A DNA stretch of 64,000 nucleotides from an uncultured Bacteroidales bacterium (lineage in GTDB: Bacteria; Bacteroidota; Bacteroidia; Bacteroidales; FEN-979): positions 23,671-87,670 of the forward strand of contig CAWAVC010000046.1 of the NCBI GenBank assembly GCA_963785325.1, read 5' to 3'. A program made the position numbers and the translations under genes. Of the stretch, positions 18,944-29,239 are shown one piece after another (within the stretch, counting starts at the first letter, position 1; the number at the start of each line of letters is the position of its first letter). The notes beneath the pieces are model-generated. The model was not told the origin of the DNA and did no database searches. It saw only the letters and a list, made by a program, of their open reading frames with translations.

Positions 18944-20859
18944 ATGACTGTTAAGACTGGTGACCTTCTGACATTGATAAATGACCCTGCTGACCTCCGG
19001 AAGTTGAAAGTAGAGGATCTTCCAAAACTTTGTGCTGAGATTCGTCAATTCATCATTGATGTAATTTCAACCAATCCAGGACATCTGGGTGCAAGCCTGG
19101 GAACTGTCGAGTTGACCGTCGCGATTCATTATATCTTTAATACACCTTTCGATAAGATTATCTGGGATGTGGGTCACCAGGCTTATACCCATAAGATTAT
19201 TACTGACAGAAAAAATGTTTTTAATACAATCCGGATGTACAAGGGTATCAGCGGATTTCCAAAGATGTCAGAAAGCAAATATGATGCGTTTGGTACAGGA
19301 CATTCATCTACCTCGATCTCTGCTGCATTAGGTATGGGAGTCGCTGCCAATCTTAACAACGAAAGAGACCGGCACCATGTGGCCATCATTGGCGATGGCG
19401 CCATTTCGGGAGGGATGGCCATGGAAGCAATGAACAATGCCGGAGTTTCGAATGCCAACTTGCTGGTTATTCTTAATGATAATGGCATCGCAATCGACAA
19501 GAATGTCGGAGCGATCAAGGATTATCTTGCGGATATTGTGACCTCCGGAACATACAATAAAATCCGTGATAAGATATGGCTGATGCTGGGCGGTGGAACC
19601 CGTTACGGGAAAAATTCGAGAGCCATTGTCAAACAACTCGGAAATGCCTTAAAGTCGACTTTGCTGAACAGGAGTAATCTTTTTGAAGCCTTCAATTTCC
19701 GATATTTTGGACCTGTAGATGGTCACGATGTTATACGGCTTGTAAAATTGCTGGAGGATATAAAAAAAATCCATGGTCCCAAACTGCTCCATATTGTGAC
19801 TGTGAAAGGGAAAGGCTATATGCATGCCGAGAAAGAACAAACTATTTATCATGCTCCAGGAGTTTTTGATAAAAATACAGGAGAAATACGAGAAGATAAA
19901 TGCATGACCAAGCCCCAAAGTATCAGACAGTTTTTGGATGTACCATTGTTGAGTTGGCCGAGGCAAACCCAAAAATTGTAGGGATAACACCTGCCATGTC
20001 GACCGGTTGTTCACTCAATATCATGATGGCTAAGATGCCGGAAAGGACATTCGATGTAGGAATCGCCGAACAACATGCGATTACTTTCTCAGCCGGACTT
20101 GCAGCCTCCGGAATGATCCCTTTCTGCAATGTTTATTCGACTTTCCTTCAGCGTGCCTACGATCAGATCATTCATGATGTGGCGCTTCAGAAACTGAATG
20201 TTGTATTTTGCCTTGACCGTGCCGGACTAGTCGGTGAAGATGGTGCCACGCACCATGGATCCTTCGACCTTGCTTATCTGAATTCCATTCCGAATATGAC
20301 AGTTTCGGCTCCCATGAATGAGGAACAGCTCAGGAACCTTATGTATACGGCACAACTTGATGGCAAAGGCCCGTTTGCGATCCGTTATCCAAGAGGAAAA
20401 GGTGTCATGCCGAAATGGAAAACTCCTTTTATAGAATTACCGGTAGGAAAAGGAAGGATGACCCGCGATGGTTCGGATGCAGCCGTTATTACCATCGGCC
20501 ATATAGGCAATGATGCAGTGGGGGCCTGTAAAGAACTTGAACGTCAAGGATTTTCAGTTGCCCATTATGATATGATATTCCTGAAACCCATGGATATTGA
20601 TCTACTTCATGAGATTTTCCGGAAATTCAATAAAATTGTGACAGTCGAAGATGGAACCATAATTGGAGGACTTGGCTCTTCTGTCATTGATTTTATGTCG
20701 GAGAATAAATATACCGCCTGGATAAAAAAACTTGGTATTCCTGATCATTTTATTGAGCAGGGCACTATTGCAGAACTTCACCATGAGTGCGGCTATGATA
20801 AAGAAGGAATTATTGCAGCGTTGAAAGAAATGTTGGTTCCGGCTATTTCCCCGGGGTAA
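18944..20859 (+). pseudogene. dxs: 1-deoxy-D-xylulose-5-phosphate synthase, reading frame broken near 19895-19905
   Basis: ORF 18944..19981 (frame 2) holds the N-terminal TPP domain (GHQAYTHKIITDR, GDGAISGGMAMEAMNNAG). ORF 19900..20859 (frame 1) continues [29 protein letters not shown] and the C-terminal transketolase-like domains. The pattern implies one base missing relative to an intact gene. Confidence 0.88.
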
Positions 20860-20882
20860 AACTTCTGTAAAAATTCTTTCTT

Positions 20883-21633
20883 TTACCTGTTGATTCTTTT
20901 CTTCACAGTTTCCCATGTTTCTGTGATAAGGAAACTTTCATCCATATTGCCCATCATGGTAAGGAGTTTCTTCATTGGAACTGAAAATGATAAGTATCTC
21001 TTTGGGAACACAAGGCCTTGCAGAACAGTCGAACATACCAAGAACGGCCCTTGGATTTTCTTTAGCATTTTCAAGCCACGACCGATAAACTATACTTCCG
21101 CATCCTGAACTGAATGGGGCAATAACACCATCTCCATCCACCTGATCGAAATTTGCCAGGGTAAACAGGCCTGAAAGAATATCCGGAGTCGCAAAAAAGA
21201 TAACACCTTCGGGTTCATCCGGTTCTTCGAGTTTATCCCATCTTTTAAAGATGATGTATTTTCCGCCGGTGGGTATGGCCTGCATCTTTTTCATGACCTC
21301 TCTGACCATTTCGGGAGTGCGAATATAGCGTTCACCCTCCATTTCACCGGGAATCCCGCAGGAAAGAAAATACTCGAAGTTTGGTCGCATTCCTTTGGCA
21401 TACCCGAGATATCGCTTCGATCCCATACAACGAAGGCTGGATTCATTGTAAGCAAGCGATTCACCTTTTCGCACCTTTGCCAATTCACGGATGATGCAGC
21501 TCCAGTCCTTGTTTGGCTTGGCGATAACAACTGTTCCGGGATCAGAAGAGTAAAAATAGACAAAAGGAAATTCGGCCTTGCCAAAGTACTTTTCCCACTT
21601 TTCCAGGAATTCGTTTTTTATTTTACTGTCCAT
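20883..21633 (-). pseudogene. DUF169-family protein, reading frame broken near 20991-21003
   Basis: ORF 20938..21633 ends ...CSARPCVPKEILIIFSS. The overlapping ORF 20883..21074 in another frame reads PKRYLSFSVPMKKLLTMMGNMDESFLITETWETVKK, which looks like the natural C-terminus. Confidence 0.6.
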
Positions 21634-21642
21634 AATTGTATT

Positions 21643-22257
21643 TTAATTTGATATGGCCGGCATTTGACGGTCATATTGTTTATCAGTCATTAACTTAAGC
21701 ATAAAATCAGCAACATCAGCCCTGGGAATCCGGCGTGATAGCGGCGGACCCATTGAGATTTTGTATTTCCCGGTCTTCGGTGCATCGGTTAAACCGGCTG
21801 GACGGACAATCACCCATTCAAAGTTTGTAGCCGTTATGATCTTCATTTGTCTTACTTTATCTAAAAAAACCTGTTTAAGAAACAGGGATATGATTATCTT
21901 TCCAAACAGGAATCCGGCATCATTACCTAAAATACCTGCGGAAGACATGCAGATAAAGCGATTCACCTTATATTCTCCCATAGCCCGGAGAATATTCTGT
22001 GTACCTTCCGATAAAACTGTAGTGGGTTTCCTGGATTCGACACCAAGTGCACTGATAATTACATCCTTACCTTCGACTGCTTGTTTTACTTTATCATACT
22101 CAAGGATATCGCCTTGAACCACCTTCAGGTTTTTATGCTGGATCGTAACAGAAGATGATTTCCGTGCAAAGGCGGTCACCTGGTGACCCTTTTCCAATGC
22201 CTGGTAAACTGTCAGTATACCGGTACGGCCACTTGCGCCAAATATTACAATTTTCAT
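21643..22257 (-). CDS. NAD(P)H-binding, NmrA/BVR-B-like atypical SDR oxidoreductase
   Basis: 204 aa with N-terminal Rossmann motif MKIVIFGASGRTG. The length and pattern fit the NAD(P)H-binding family. Confidence 0.75.
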   Translation of the reverse strand: MKIVIFGASGRTGILTVYQALEKGHQVTAFARKSSSVTIQHKNLKVVQGDILEYDKVKQAVEGKDVIISALGVESRKPTTVLSEGTQNILRAMGEYKVNRFICMSSAGILGNDAGFLFGKIIISLFLKQVFLDKVRQMKIITATNFEWVIVRPAGLTDAPKTGKYKISMGPPLSRRIPRADVADFMLKLMTDKQYDRQMPAISN

Positions 22258-22331
22258 CAGTTAAATTTTTGTGGCAAGTTACGAACTTCCGGACGAAAAA
22301 TATAAATACATTTACACAAACAATATTCTCA

Positions 22332-24098
22332 GTGGGTTATCAGGATCTCTTCCGCAGAAAATCGATAGAACATATCCTGAAGGATGCCGACCGGCATCTG
22401 GGAGAAACGGCCCGCATGAATCGTAGTCTGAATGTTCGTGACCTGACAGCCCTTGGTATTGCAGCGATAATCGGGGCTGGAATATTCAGCACAATTGGTA
22501 CAGCTGCAGCTACCGGTGGACCAGCAGTTTCCCTTCTTTTTATTTTTACGGCGGTTGCCTGTGGTTTTTCGGCCATGTGTTATGCCCATTTTGCTTCCCG
22601 GATACCTATCAGCGGAAGTGCATACACTTATGCTTATGCAAGTTTCGGTGAACTGGTGGCCTGGATTATAGGCTGGGACCTTATCATGGAATATGCCGTG
22701 GGAAACATTGCTGTCGCCATTTCATGGTCGGATTATTTCACCCATCTCCTGAATGGAATAGGGATCAATTTTCCAACCTACCTAAGTGTGGATTTCCTTA
22801 GTGCGGTCAGAGGCCATCATGCTGCAGTTGCCCAATTGGCCCACGGCATATCCTTTAGTACACTATCGGACAACTTAAGGGACGCTTACCTGGCCTGGAC
22901 ACAGGCTCCCCATATCGGGAACTTAAGGCTTATAGCCAATATACCTGCTTTTGGTATCGTGGTTTTCATCACTTACCTTGTTTACATTGGAATTTATGAA
23001 ACCAAAATGGCCAGTAATATCATGGTTTTGTTGAAAGTGGCTATCCTGCTGGTTGTCATTGGAGTAGGATCTTTCTATATCAATCCGAAGAACTGGAGTC
23101 CGTTTGCCCCGAACGGGATAGGAGGCGTACTGAAAGGAGTAGCAGGCGTTTTCTTTGCATATATCGGCTTTGATGCTATTTCTACTACGGCAGAAGAATG
23201 TAAAAACCCGCGCAGGGATCTTCCGCGCGCTATGATCTATGCACTGATCATCACGACTATACTTTACATCCTCATCAGTCTGGTGCTTACAGGTATGGTG
23301 AATTACAGCGGACTGGGAGTCGGTGATCCACTGGCTTATGCCTTTCAGAAGCTGCATCTTACTAAATTGTCGGGGATCATTGCCATCAGCGCCGTGATAG
23401 CAATGGCCAGCGTTTTGCTGGTATTTCAGGTCGGGCAACCCCGTATTTGGATGAGCATGAGCCGTGACGGTCTGTTGCCGAAAATCTTTTCCCGCTTGCA
23501 CCCAAAATTTAAAACACCGGCATTTTCTACAATAATAACCGGCATCATCGTTGCGATCCCCTCGCTTTTTTTAAATCTGACCGAAGTCACAGACCTGACC
23601 AGCATCGGAACCCTCTTTGCTTTTGTGCTTGTTTCCGGAGGCGTGCTGATCCTGGGTGAAGAAAAAAAACAGATACCCGCGAAGGAACGTAAGAAAGAAT
23701 TTAATATCCCCTATCTTAATTGTCGGTATTACTTGCCTCTTCTATGGGCATTTGTTTTTGTTGTGCTCTGGTATTGGAATCCACTGGAATTACAACAATT
23801 AATGCATAAGATTGTGGGTGACTCAAACCAACCAATTACCTCTTTCCTCTGGCATTTATTCACGACCGAATTTCCGGTTATCCTTTTTATTTTTTCAGCA
23901 ATTATTCTCACGGTCATTAGTATTTGGAAACAGCTGACACTAATTCCTGTCATCAGTCTCCTGATAAATTTCTACCTGATGGCCCAATTGGGGATAACCA
24001 ACTGGATGCGGTTTATAATATGGCTGGTTATCGGATTGGTCATATTTTTTACTTTTAGCAGGAAGCACAGCGTTATTGCAATGAAGAATGAAGAATGA
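22332..24098 (+). CDS. APC-superfamily amino acid permease (cationic amino acid transporter-like)
   Basis: DLTALGIAAIIGAGIFSTIG N-terminal signature and at least 12 hydrophobic segments. GTG 22332 (MGYQDLFRRKSIEHIL...) is preferred, because the track start at 22155 overlaps the convergent upstream gene. Confidence 0.85.
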   Translation: MGYQDLFRRKSIEHILKDADRHLGETARMNRSLNVRDLTALGIAAIIGAGIFSTIGTAAATGGPAVSLLFIFTAVACGFSAMCYAHFASRIPISGSAYTYAYASFGELVAWIIGWDLIMEYAVGNIAVAISWSDYFTHLLNGIGINFPTYLSVDFLSAVRGHHAAVAQLAHGISFSTLSDNLRDAYLAWTQAPHIGNLRLIANIPAFGIVVFITYLVYIGIYETKMASNIMVLLKVAILLVVIGVGSFYINPKNWSPFAPNGIGGVLKGVAGVFFAYIGFDAISTTAEECKNPRRDLPRAMIYALIITTILYILISLVLTGMVNYSGLGVGDPLAYAFQKLHLTKLSGIIAISAVIAMASVLLVFQVGQPRIWMSMSRDGLLPKIFSRLHPKFKTPAFSTIITGIIVAIPSLFLNLTEVTDLTSIGTLFAFVLVSGGVLILGEEKKQIPAKERKKEFNIPYLNCRYYLPLLWAFVFVVLWYWNPLELQQLMHKIVGDSNQPITSFLWHLFTTEFPVILFIFSAIILTVISIWKQLTLIPVISLLINFYLMAQLGITNWMRFIIWLVIGLVIFFTFSRKHSVIAMKNEE

Positions 24099-24122
24099 AG
24101 AATGAAGAATGAAAAATGAAGT
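24081..24122. repeat. Near-perfect heptamer tandem repeat: (ATGAAGA)x4, ATGAAAA, ATGAAGT
   Basis: Read directly. The array contains the permease stop codon (24096-98) and ends 6 nt before the ATG at 24129. Confidence 0.9.
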
Positions 24123-24128
24123 ATTACT

Positions 24129-24911
24129 ATGTCAGGAATTGAAATTGTTGTCCTGATTGGGGCGAGAATTTTTATCGGATTTATCAATACGCTCTCAGGA
24201 GGAGGATTCTGTTATCACTCTTTCCCTATTAATCCTTTTGGGATTACCTGCAAATATTGCCAATGGAACTAACCGTATCAGCATCTTTTTTCAGACTTTT
24301 TCATCGGTAGGCAGGTTTACACGTCAAAAGATGTTTACTTCGGTAAAGCCAGTCTGGCTGGGCATCCCGGCTACTGTTGGAGCAATTCTTGGAGCTTATC
24401 TGGCCATCGATGTTAATGTTAAAGTCATTGAAATTGCAATGTGCATTGCAATGGTTTTGATGGTTTTCTTCCTTTTTATAAACCGGATAAATGGCTCAAA
24501 GAAAATTCACAATTACTGAAATATCCGGTCACATGGTGGCAACTGGTCATCTTTTTTGTTGTTGGATTTTATGGCGGATTTATCCAGGTAGGGGTAGGCT
24601 ACTTTTTATTGATGTCGCTTGTTCTTGGAGTGGGGTATGATCTGGTTAAAGCCAACGCTATTAAAAACCTAATCGTATTCTTTTATGCAATTTTTGCCCT
24701 TCTTGTATTTATTATCAACGGACAGGTAAATTATCTTTATGGACTGATCCTATCTATAGGAAGTGTAATTGGTGCTTTGATTGCGTCATACCTGGCCTTG
24801 AGAAAAGGAGCCGGGTTCATCCGTGCAGTGATAATTCTTTCGGTTATCCTGACCATTCTGCAAATAACCGGTCTTGTTAACTTTACAGAGTTTTTTAAGA
24901 AAATAATGTAA
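24129..24911 (+). pseudogene. TauE/SafE-family (sulfite exporter-like) membrane protein, frame changes 0 to 1 to 0
   Basis: ATG 24129 gives MSGIEIVVLIGARIFIGFINTLSGGG (frame 0). Frame 1 (ORF 24157..24519) carries SVITLSLLILLGLPANIANGTNRI. Frame 0 resumes (ORF 24441..24911) with PDKWLKENSQLL...FYGGFIQVGVGYFLL. The breaks are near 24205-24212 and near 24465-24480 (a T5 run). Confidence 0.75.
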
Positions 24912-24923
24912 TATCAGAATGAT

Positions 24924-25990
24924 ATGAAAAGTCTTAATAAGTTTATTTTAAGAGGCTGTTTTTTATTCTCCATCTTCGGTACTCTTATACTATGGAATGG
25001 CGCCTGTCTTTTTTCTCAGAACCTTTCCAGCATCCCTGCCTCAACGGCAGGCGGGCAGCATGCTGCATCCGGCCTCCGGAAATGGGTTCTTGTAATTCAT
25101 GGTGGCGCAGGTGGAACCGCAGGACAGAAAATATCTGAAGAAGTGCAGCAACAATATATTTTAGAGATGACTGAGGTTTTAAAAGCAGGTGCAGCTGTTC
25201 TTTCTGCTGGAGGCTCCAGTCTGGATGCTGTGGAAACCAGTATCCGGATGATGGAAGACTCTCCTTTGTTCAATGCAGGAAAAGGATCAGTGTTCACTGA
25301 AGAAGGAAAAAACGAAATGGATGCTGCGATTATGGATGGTCAGACTTTAAAAGCCGGTGCAGTAGCAGGAGTAACCACCATTAAAAACCCAATATCCGCG
25401 GCCAGGGCCGTGATGGAAAAGTCTAAACATGTGATGTTGATCGACGGGGGAGCTGAGAAATTTGCAAAAGACCAGGGCCTGGAGATCGTCCCGACTTCTT
25501 ATTTCTTTACTAAAAAGCGCTGGGATGAATTTCAGAAGATTCATAAACAGGAAATGAATCATAAACCAGATTCTGTGAAAAGTCATGGAACTGTTGGTGC
25601 GGTGGCACTGGACACTCACGGGAACCTCGCAGCCGGAACTTCAACAGGAGGAATGACCAATAAAAGAGAGGGAGGGTGGGGGATTCCCCTGTCATAGGTG
25701 CCGGAACCTATGCAAACAATAGTACCTGCGCAGTTTCCTGTACAGGCCATGGAGAATATTTTATCCGTAATGTTGTTGCTTATGATGTCTCCGCCCGTAT
25801 GGAATACAAAGGACAAAGCTTACTAGAAGCAGCAAGTGATGTTATCAATGTCAAACTGAAATCCCAGGGAGCAGAAGGCGGCCTGATAGCTGTCGACAGG
25901 AATGGAAATGTTGCCATGCCCTTCAATACTGCCATGATGTTCAGGGGCAGTATCAGTAATGATAGTAAAATACAGGTGGAAACCTATTGA
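24924..25990 (+). pseudogene. Isoaspartyl peptidase / L-asparaginase (Ntn-hydrolase, asparaginase-2 family), frame broken near 25665-25683
   Basis: ORF 24924..25697 contains the autoprocessing context HGTVGAVALD. It ends GGMTNKREGGWGIPLS*, while ORF 25676..25990 continues GDSPVIGAGTYANN. The break lies in the G-rich tract gagggagggtggggg. Confidence 0.8.
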
Positions 25991-26146
25991 TTATTGATGA
26001 GGGTATTGTTCCTACCCACGTCAAACACCCCTATTCTTTTGGTAATGTAATTTACCGGTACATATTTAAACCGGTTCATAAATCCATATAAGGTTTGTAA
26101 AAAAACAAAAATTTGAGAAATCAAGATAAAACCATTCATATTGACT

Positions 26147-26154
26147 TATCTTTG
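26147..26154 (+). promoter_or_regulatory. -7 promoter box (TATCTTTG) for the PepSY-like gene
   Basis: Exact TAnnTTTG match. It favours ATG 26197 (MKTLNS, signal peptide) over ATG 26164. Confidence 0.45.
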
Positions 26155-26196
26155 TAAGTTAATATGAATTTAATAATACCTTTAAACTTACATAAA

Positions 26197-26673
26197 ATGA
26201 AAACACTGAATTCATTGATTGTGATGTTATTATTTTTTTCGACATTAAATTTTGCCCAAAAAGTAATGCCCGATAAAGTACCAGCACCTGTTAAGCAGAC
26301 ATTTATGAAAGAGTTTCCAAAGGCAATAGAAACCGGTTGGAGGGTGGATAATGGTACATATCAGGCTTTGTTTAACCTGAACGGAGTGAGGCATGCAGCA
26401 AAATTTGATAAAAACGGGCAATGGATCGATAAGGAAGTAAGAATCGACCTTGCTGATCTTCCCAAAGAGGTGACTGCGTCCATTGCAAAGAATTTTGCAG
26501 GATACAAGTCTTACGAAGCTGAAAAAGTTGAAACACCAAACAAGGGAACTCTCTATAATGTTGGTTTGGAAAAGGGAAAAAAATTTCTGGAAGTTCATCT
26601 TTCATTTAAGGGAGAAGTCCTTGATAAAGTGACAAAAGCTACGAAAAATGAATGGGGCAAAGATAACGATTGA
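26197..26673 (+). CDS. Secreted PepSY-like (putative beta-lactamase-inhibitor-like) domain protein
   Basis: Signal peptide MKTLNSLIVMLLFFSTLNFAQ. Two repeats of the PxxVKxxFxKxFP...W / LPKEVTASIAKNFAGYK type are typical of PepSY-like tandem domains. Confidence 0.6.
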   Translation: MKTLNSLIVMLLFFSTLNFAQKVMPDKVPAPVKQTFMKEFPKAIETGWRVDNGTYQALFNLNGVRHAAKFDKNGQWIDKEVRIDLADLPKEVTASIAKNFAGYKSYEAEKVETPNKGTLYNVGLEKGKKFLEVHLSFKGEVLDKVTKATKNEWGKDND

Positions 26674-26687
26674 CCCTATAAATAAAT

Positions 26688-26818
26688 AAACGCAACCATC
26701 GTTTCTTTCTGGTAAAAATATTCCAACCACCTAGATATTAACAACTTGAATCCATTGTACCAGATTGGTAAGCCACTAACTCCATCCGGCTTCATGGATT
26801 GGAACTTTGGTTGCGTTT
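26688..26818. terminator. Long-range 11-bp inverted repeat (AAACGCAACCA ... TGGTTGCGTTT) enclosing 109 nt, T-rich on both flanks. Candidate bidirectional terminator or structured RNA.
   Basis: Arms at 26688-26698 and 26808-26818. The plus strand continues TTTTTTATTTT and the minus strand continues TTTATTTATTTAT. There is an inner hairpin TCCATccggcttcATGGA at 26781-26798. The element lies between convergent genes. Confidence 0.4.
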
Positions 26819-26839
26819 TTTTATTTTAAGTTGTGATAG

Positions 26840-28990
26840 TTATTTCAGGACGATCTTCTCGTTGATTGTACCGGTATCATTAATCAGACGCAAGACATAG
26901 ATACCTTTTGCCAGTGAGGAAAGATCCAATTGCTTGTCAACAACTCCATTAAAGTTGCCAAGGTCCTTGCAATAAATTGTTTCCCCATTCAACGAAAGGA
27001 TTTCAATCTTCACCATTTGGGACTCATTCATTATGAAATGGATATTCAGCATCCCGTCTGTCGGGTTCGGGAATATGGAAAGATCCTCAAATTCTTTTAG
27101 ATCATTGGTTCCGACAGTCACAGCATTATAACTAGCATTCCAGCCTGATCCACGAACAGTTAGATCTGAAACAAACTGAACCATTGCTTTCCCGGAATTA
27201 ATAGTAATGGGGGGAATAGTATCTGAGAGGTGGTTGCCTGAAAAGGTGTCCACCAATATTGGTGGATTTGTAGCAATGTTGTAAATCGACACATTATCGG
27301 TAAGAGGCTGGGTATAAAAGTTTGAAAATGTAATCGTAATAGCTGTTGCTGTAGGTGGGTCAATAATCCATTTGCAATCAGTTTGGTTCCTGTACTGGAA
27401 CCTTCCGCTTCCATCACCAAAATTACCCGTTCCACCTGTAAAGGTTGTATCGTTTAATTTGCAGAATGGTATCGGCGTGGCATTATAGGTGAGAAGGAAT
27501 CCTTGATCTGTTATGTTGCTGTTTGAAATGAACGTAAGTAGCATCTGTGGACCAGTGGAAGTCGGTGTTGCCGTTGGCAGGTTAGAACCGGAATAAGTTC
27601 CGAGAACAGGTGATGAGGTTGTGGGGCCATCATAAACTGTCAGTATGTCAGCCGGATTAGTACTGAACCTTGTAAATTCCAATTTGATGGAGCTTACGCT
27701 GTCATCCGGAGCAATCAGCCAACTGCAATTTGTACTGTCCTTATAATTGGCAACCGGGCCGCTTCCATCTTCTATTGTGCCATAATCATCCAAGGTAACA
27801 TTGGTTGCTCCACTGCAATAAGTAGGATACTGAGTTGAATCTGGAGAAATATGAACAACTGCTGACTGATCATTATTAAACCTATATCCACCGGGATCAA
27901 GGTTGGTGAGATAGTAATAACCATTGCAACTACCACTCCATCCCCAGTTAAAATGATAATAATCGGTGGCCTGGTAGCCGTCACATACCCATGAATGCCC
28001 GCCATCAGGACCTGACCCTGCATATTGTATCGGCTTACCAAGGTTCAGGTCGCCTTGCAGAAGGTTATTCCAGTCGGTGGTTGTATAACTACTTTTTGAT
28101 TCATAAATAGTATTTGACGAATATCTGAAATTGTTCTTCAAAGCTGTTGCAACATCTTGTAAATAAGCTCCTGAGGAACATTGGCCATCGACATTATAAT
28201 GCATGTTGACTGAAATACCAGTATGCGACATTAAAATGGCAATAGGAACACACTCGCTATTAGGTTTATCGACCATCCCGTTCCAGTCATAGGTGGTTGA
28301 ATCAAAGTACGCGCACAAGAATCCATAATTGTGAAAGCTGTCGCAATGATAACCAACGCCGGTATTTGGCCATCTCCAGTAATACATGATCTGTGACATT
28401 GCAGTCGCAACACAACCGGTTGTCACATGATAGGCAAATCCTTGGCAAGTTGAATCGGTCGGAACATACTCATTGTAAGGGAAACCCTGGTCCCAAAGTG
28501 AAGTAGTCAGAGGTGAAACATCAAGAATCGCTTCGGGAATATTTGGCAACTGGTCGAATTCCTTATTATTCAAATGTTGCCACATGGCTATGGTTTTAGT
28601 ATCGGCCGGAACATTATTATTAATGTTATAAGCTATTTCTTTTTTCCGTTCATTCATCCAATAAACAAATCCTTCCGCCTGATCTGAGGGGGAATAAGAG
28701 GATTCAAAAGAAAATCCAATAACAGGATAGCATATATCGTCGGCAGAAATGATCACAAAGCCTTTATCATTAATGTTGAACACATAGTAGACATCTTGGT
28801 TGTCGTATTTTTCTATGAACTCCCGTGTGATCGTTATCGCCTGGTAAGGAACGGCATCATGACGGTTTGCCTGCTCAAAGTATGTATTTTTTGCAACAAG
28901 TCGTGCATCTATAAGTTCAACTTTCCTGGCAAAGACGGAAACGTTTATGCAGATAAGGATTAGTAAAAACAGAATTCGTTTTATTTTCAT
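26840..28990 (-). CDS. T9SS-secreted C10-family (streptopain/SpeB-like) cysteine peptidase with two CUB-like modules
   Basis: Signal peptide MKIKRILFLLILICINVSVFA (ATG 28990). The propeptide-like N-terminus is followed by the Cys context TTGCVATAMSQIMYYW and the His context GGHSWVCDGY...FNWGWSG. Two CUB-like modules are present (CSWLIAPDDSVSSIKLEFTRF.., CKWIIDPPTATAITITFSNF..). The C-terminal FPNPTDGMLNIHF...GIYVLRLINDTGTINEKIVLK is a T9SS sorting domain. Confidence 0.85.
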   Translation of the reverse strand: MKIKRILFLLILICINVSVFARKVELIDARLVAKNTYFEQANRHDAVPYQAITITREFIEKYDNQDVYYVFNINDKGFVIISADDICYPVIGFSFESSYSPSDQAEGFVYWMNERKKEIAYNINNNVPADTKTIAMWQHLNNKEFDQLPNIPEAILDVSPLTTSLWDQGFPYNEYVPTDSTCQGFAYHVTTGCVATAMSQIMYYWRWPNTGVGYHCDSFHNYGFLCAYFDSTTYDWNGMVDKPNSECVPIAILMSHTGISVNMHYNVDGQCSSGAYLQDVATALKNNFRYSSNTIYESKSSYTTTDWNNLLQGDLNLGKPIQYAGSGPDGGHSWVCDGYQATDYYHFNWGWSGSCNGYYYLTNLDPGGYRFNNDQSAVVHISPDSTQYPTYCSGATNVTLDDYGTIEDGSGPVANYKDSTNCSWLIAPDDSVSSIKLEFTRFSTNPADILTVYDGPTTSSPVLGTYSGSNLPTATPTSTGPQMLLTFISNSNITDQGFLLTYNATPIPFCKLNDTTFTGGTGNFGDGSGRFQYRNQTDCKWIIDPPTATAITITFSNFYTQPLTDNVSIYNIATNPPILVDTFSGNHLSDTIPPITINSGKAMVQFVSDLTVRGSGWNASYNAVTVGTNDLKEFEDLSIFPNPTDGMLNIHFIMNESQMVKIEILSLNGETIYCKDLGNFNGVVDKQLDLSSLAKGIYVLRLINDTGTINEKIVLK

Positions 28991-29239
28991 TTTGTGAAAG
29001 AATTTAAGGTGAATAATTTCCATTGAATTTGAATCAAAAATCAAACTTTTGGCTTTCACACTATCGGGTTTATTTATTAAAAGAAAAGTTGAGATCTTTC
29101 TTTAACTAAGAGAAAATGAAAACGACAGTATGAAAACGTCATCTTTATTTAATAAATCTAATCATAGAATACAACAATGATATCCCAGGACTAATATATT
29201 AAAGACATCTGAAAAAGTCAGCTTCAAATAAAAAGATTA

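Noticed and set aside
19183-20014. ORFs antisense to dxs (19183..19518, 19328..19636, 19649..20014)
   Set aside because: They lie opposite a conserved enzyme gene, and their translations are low-complexity.
22155-22331. N-terminal extension of the permease ORF
   Set aside because: It overlaps the 5' end of the oppositely oriented oxidoreductase gene and reads as non-protein-like sequence. GTG 22332 gives the family-typical N-terminus.
22923-23501. 192-aa ORF antisense to the amino acid permease
   Set aside because: It lies entirely inside a well-supported membrane-protein gene and has no recognisable features.
24081-24122. Tandem arrays as a CRISPR array or minisatellite-encoded peptide
   Set aside because: The units are 7 bp with no spacers and no cas genes. 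Every frame contains stop codons in each unit.
28991-29059. Upstream extension of the C10 peptidase ORF (MKAKSLIFDSNS...)
   Set aside because: The internal Met at 28990 is followed by a canonical signal peptide. The extension is not.
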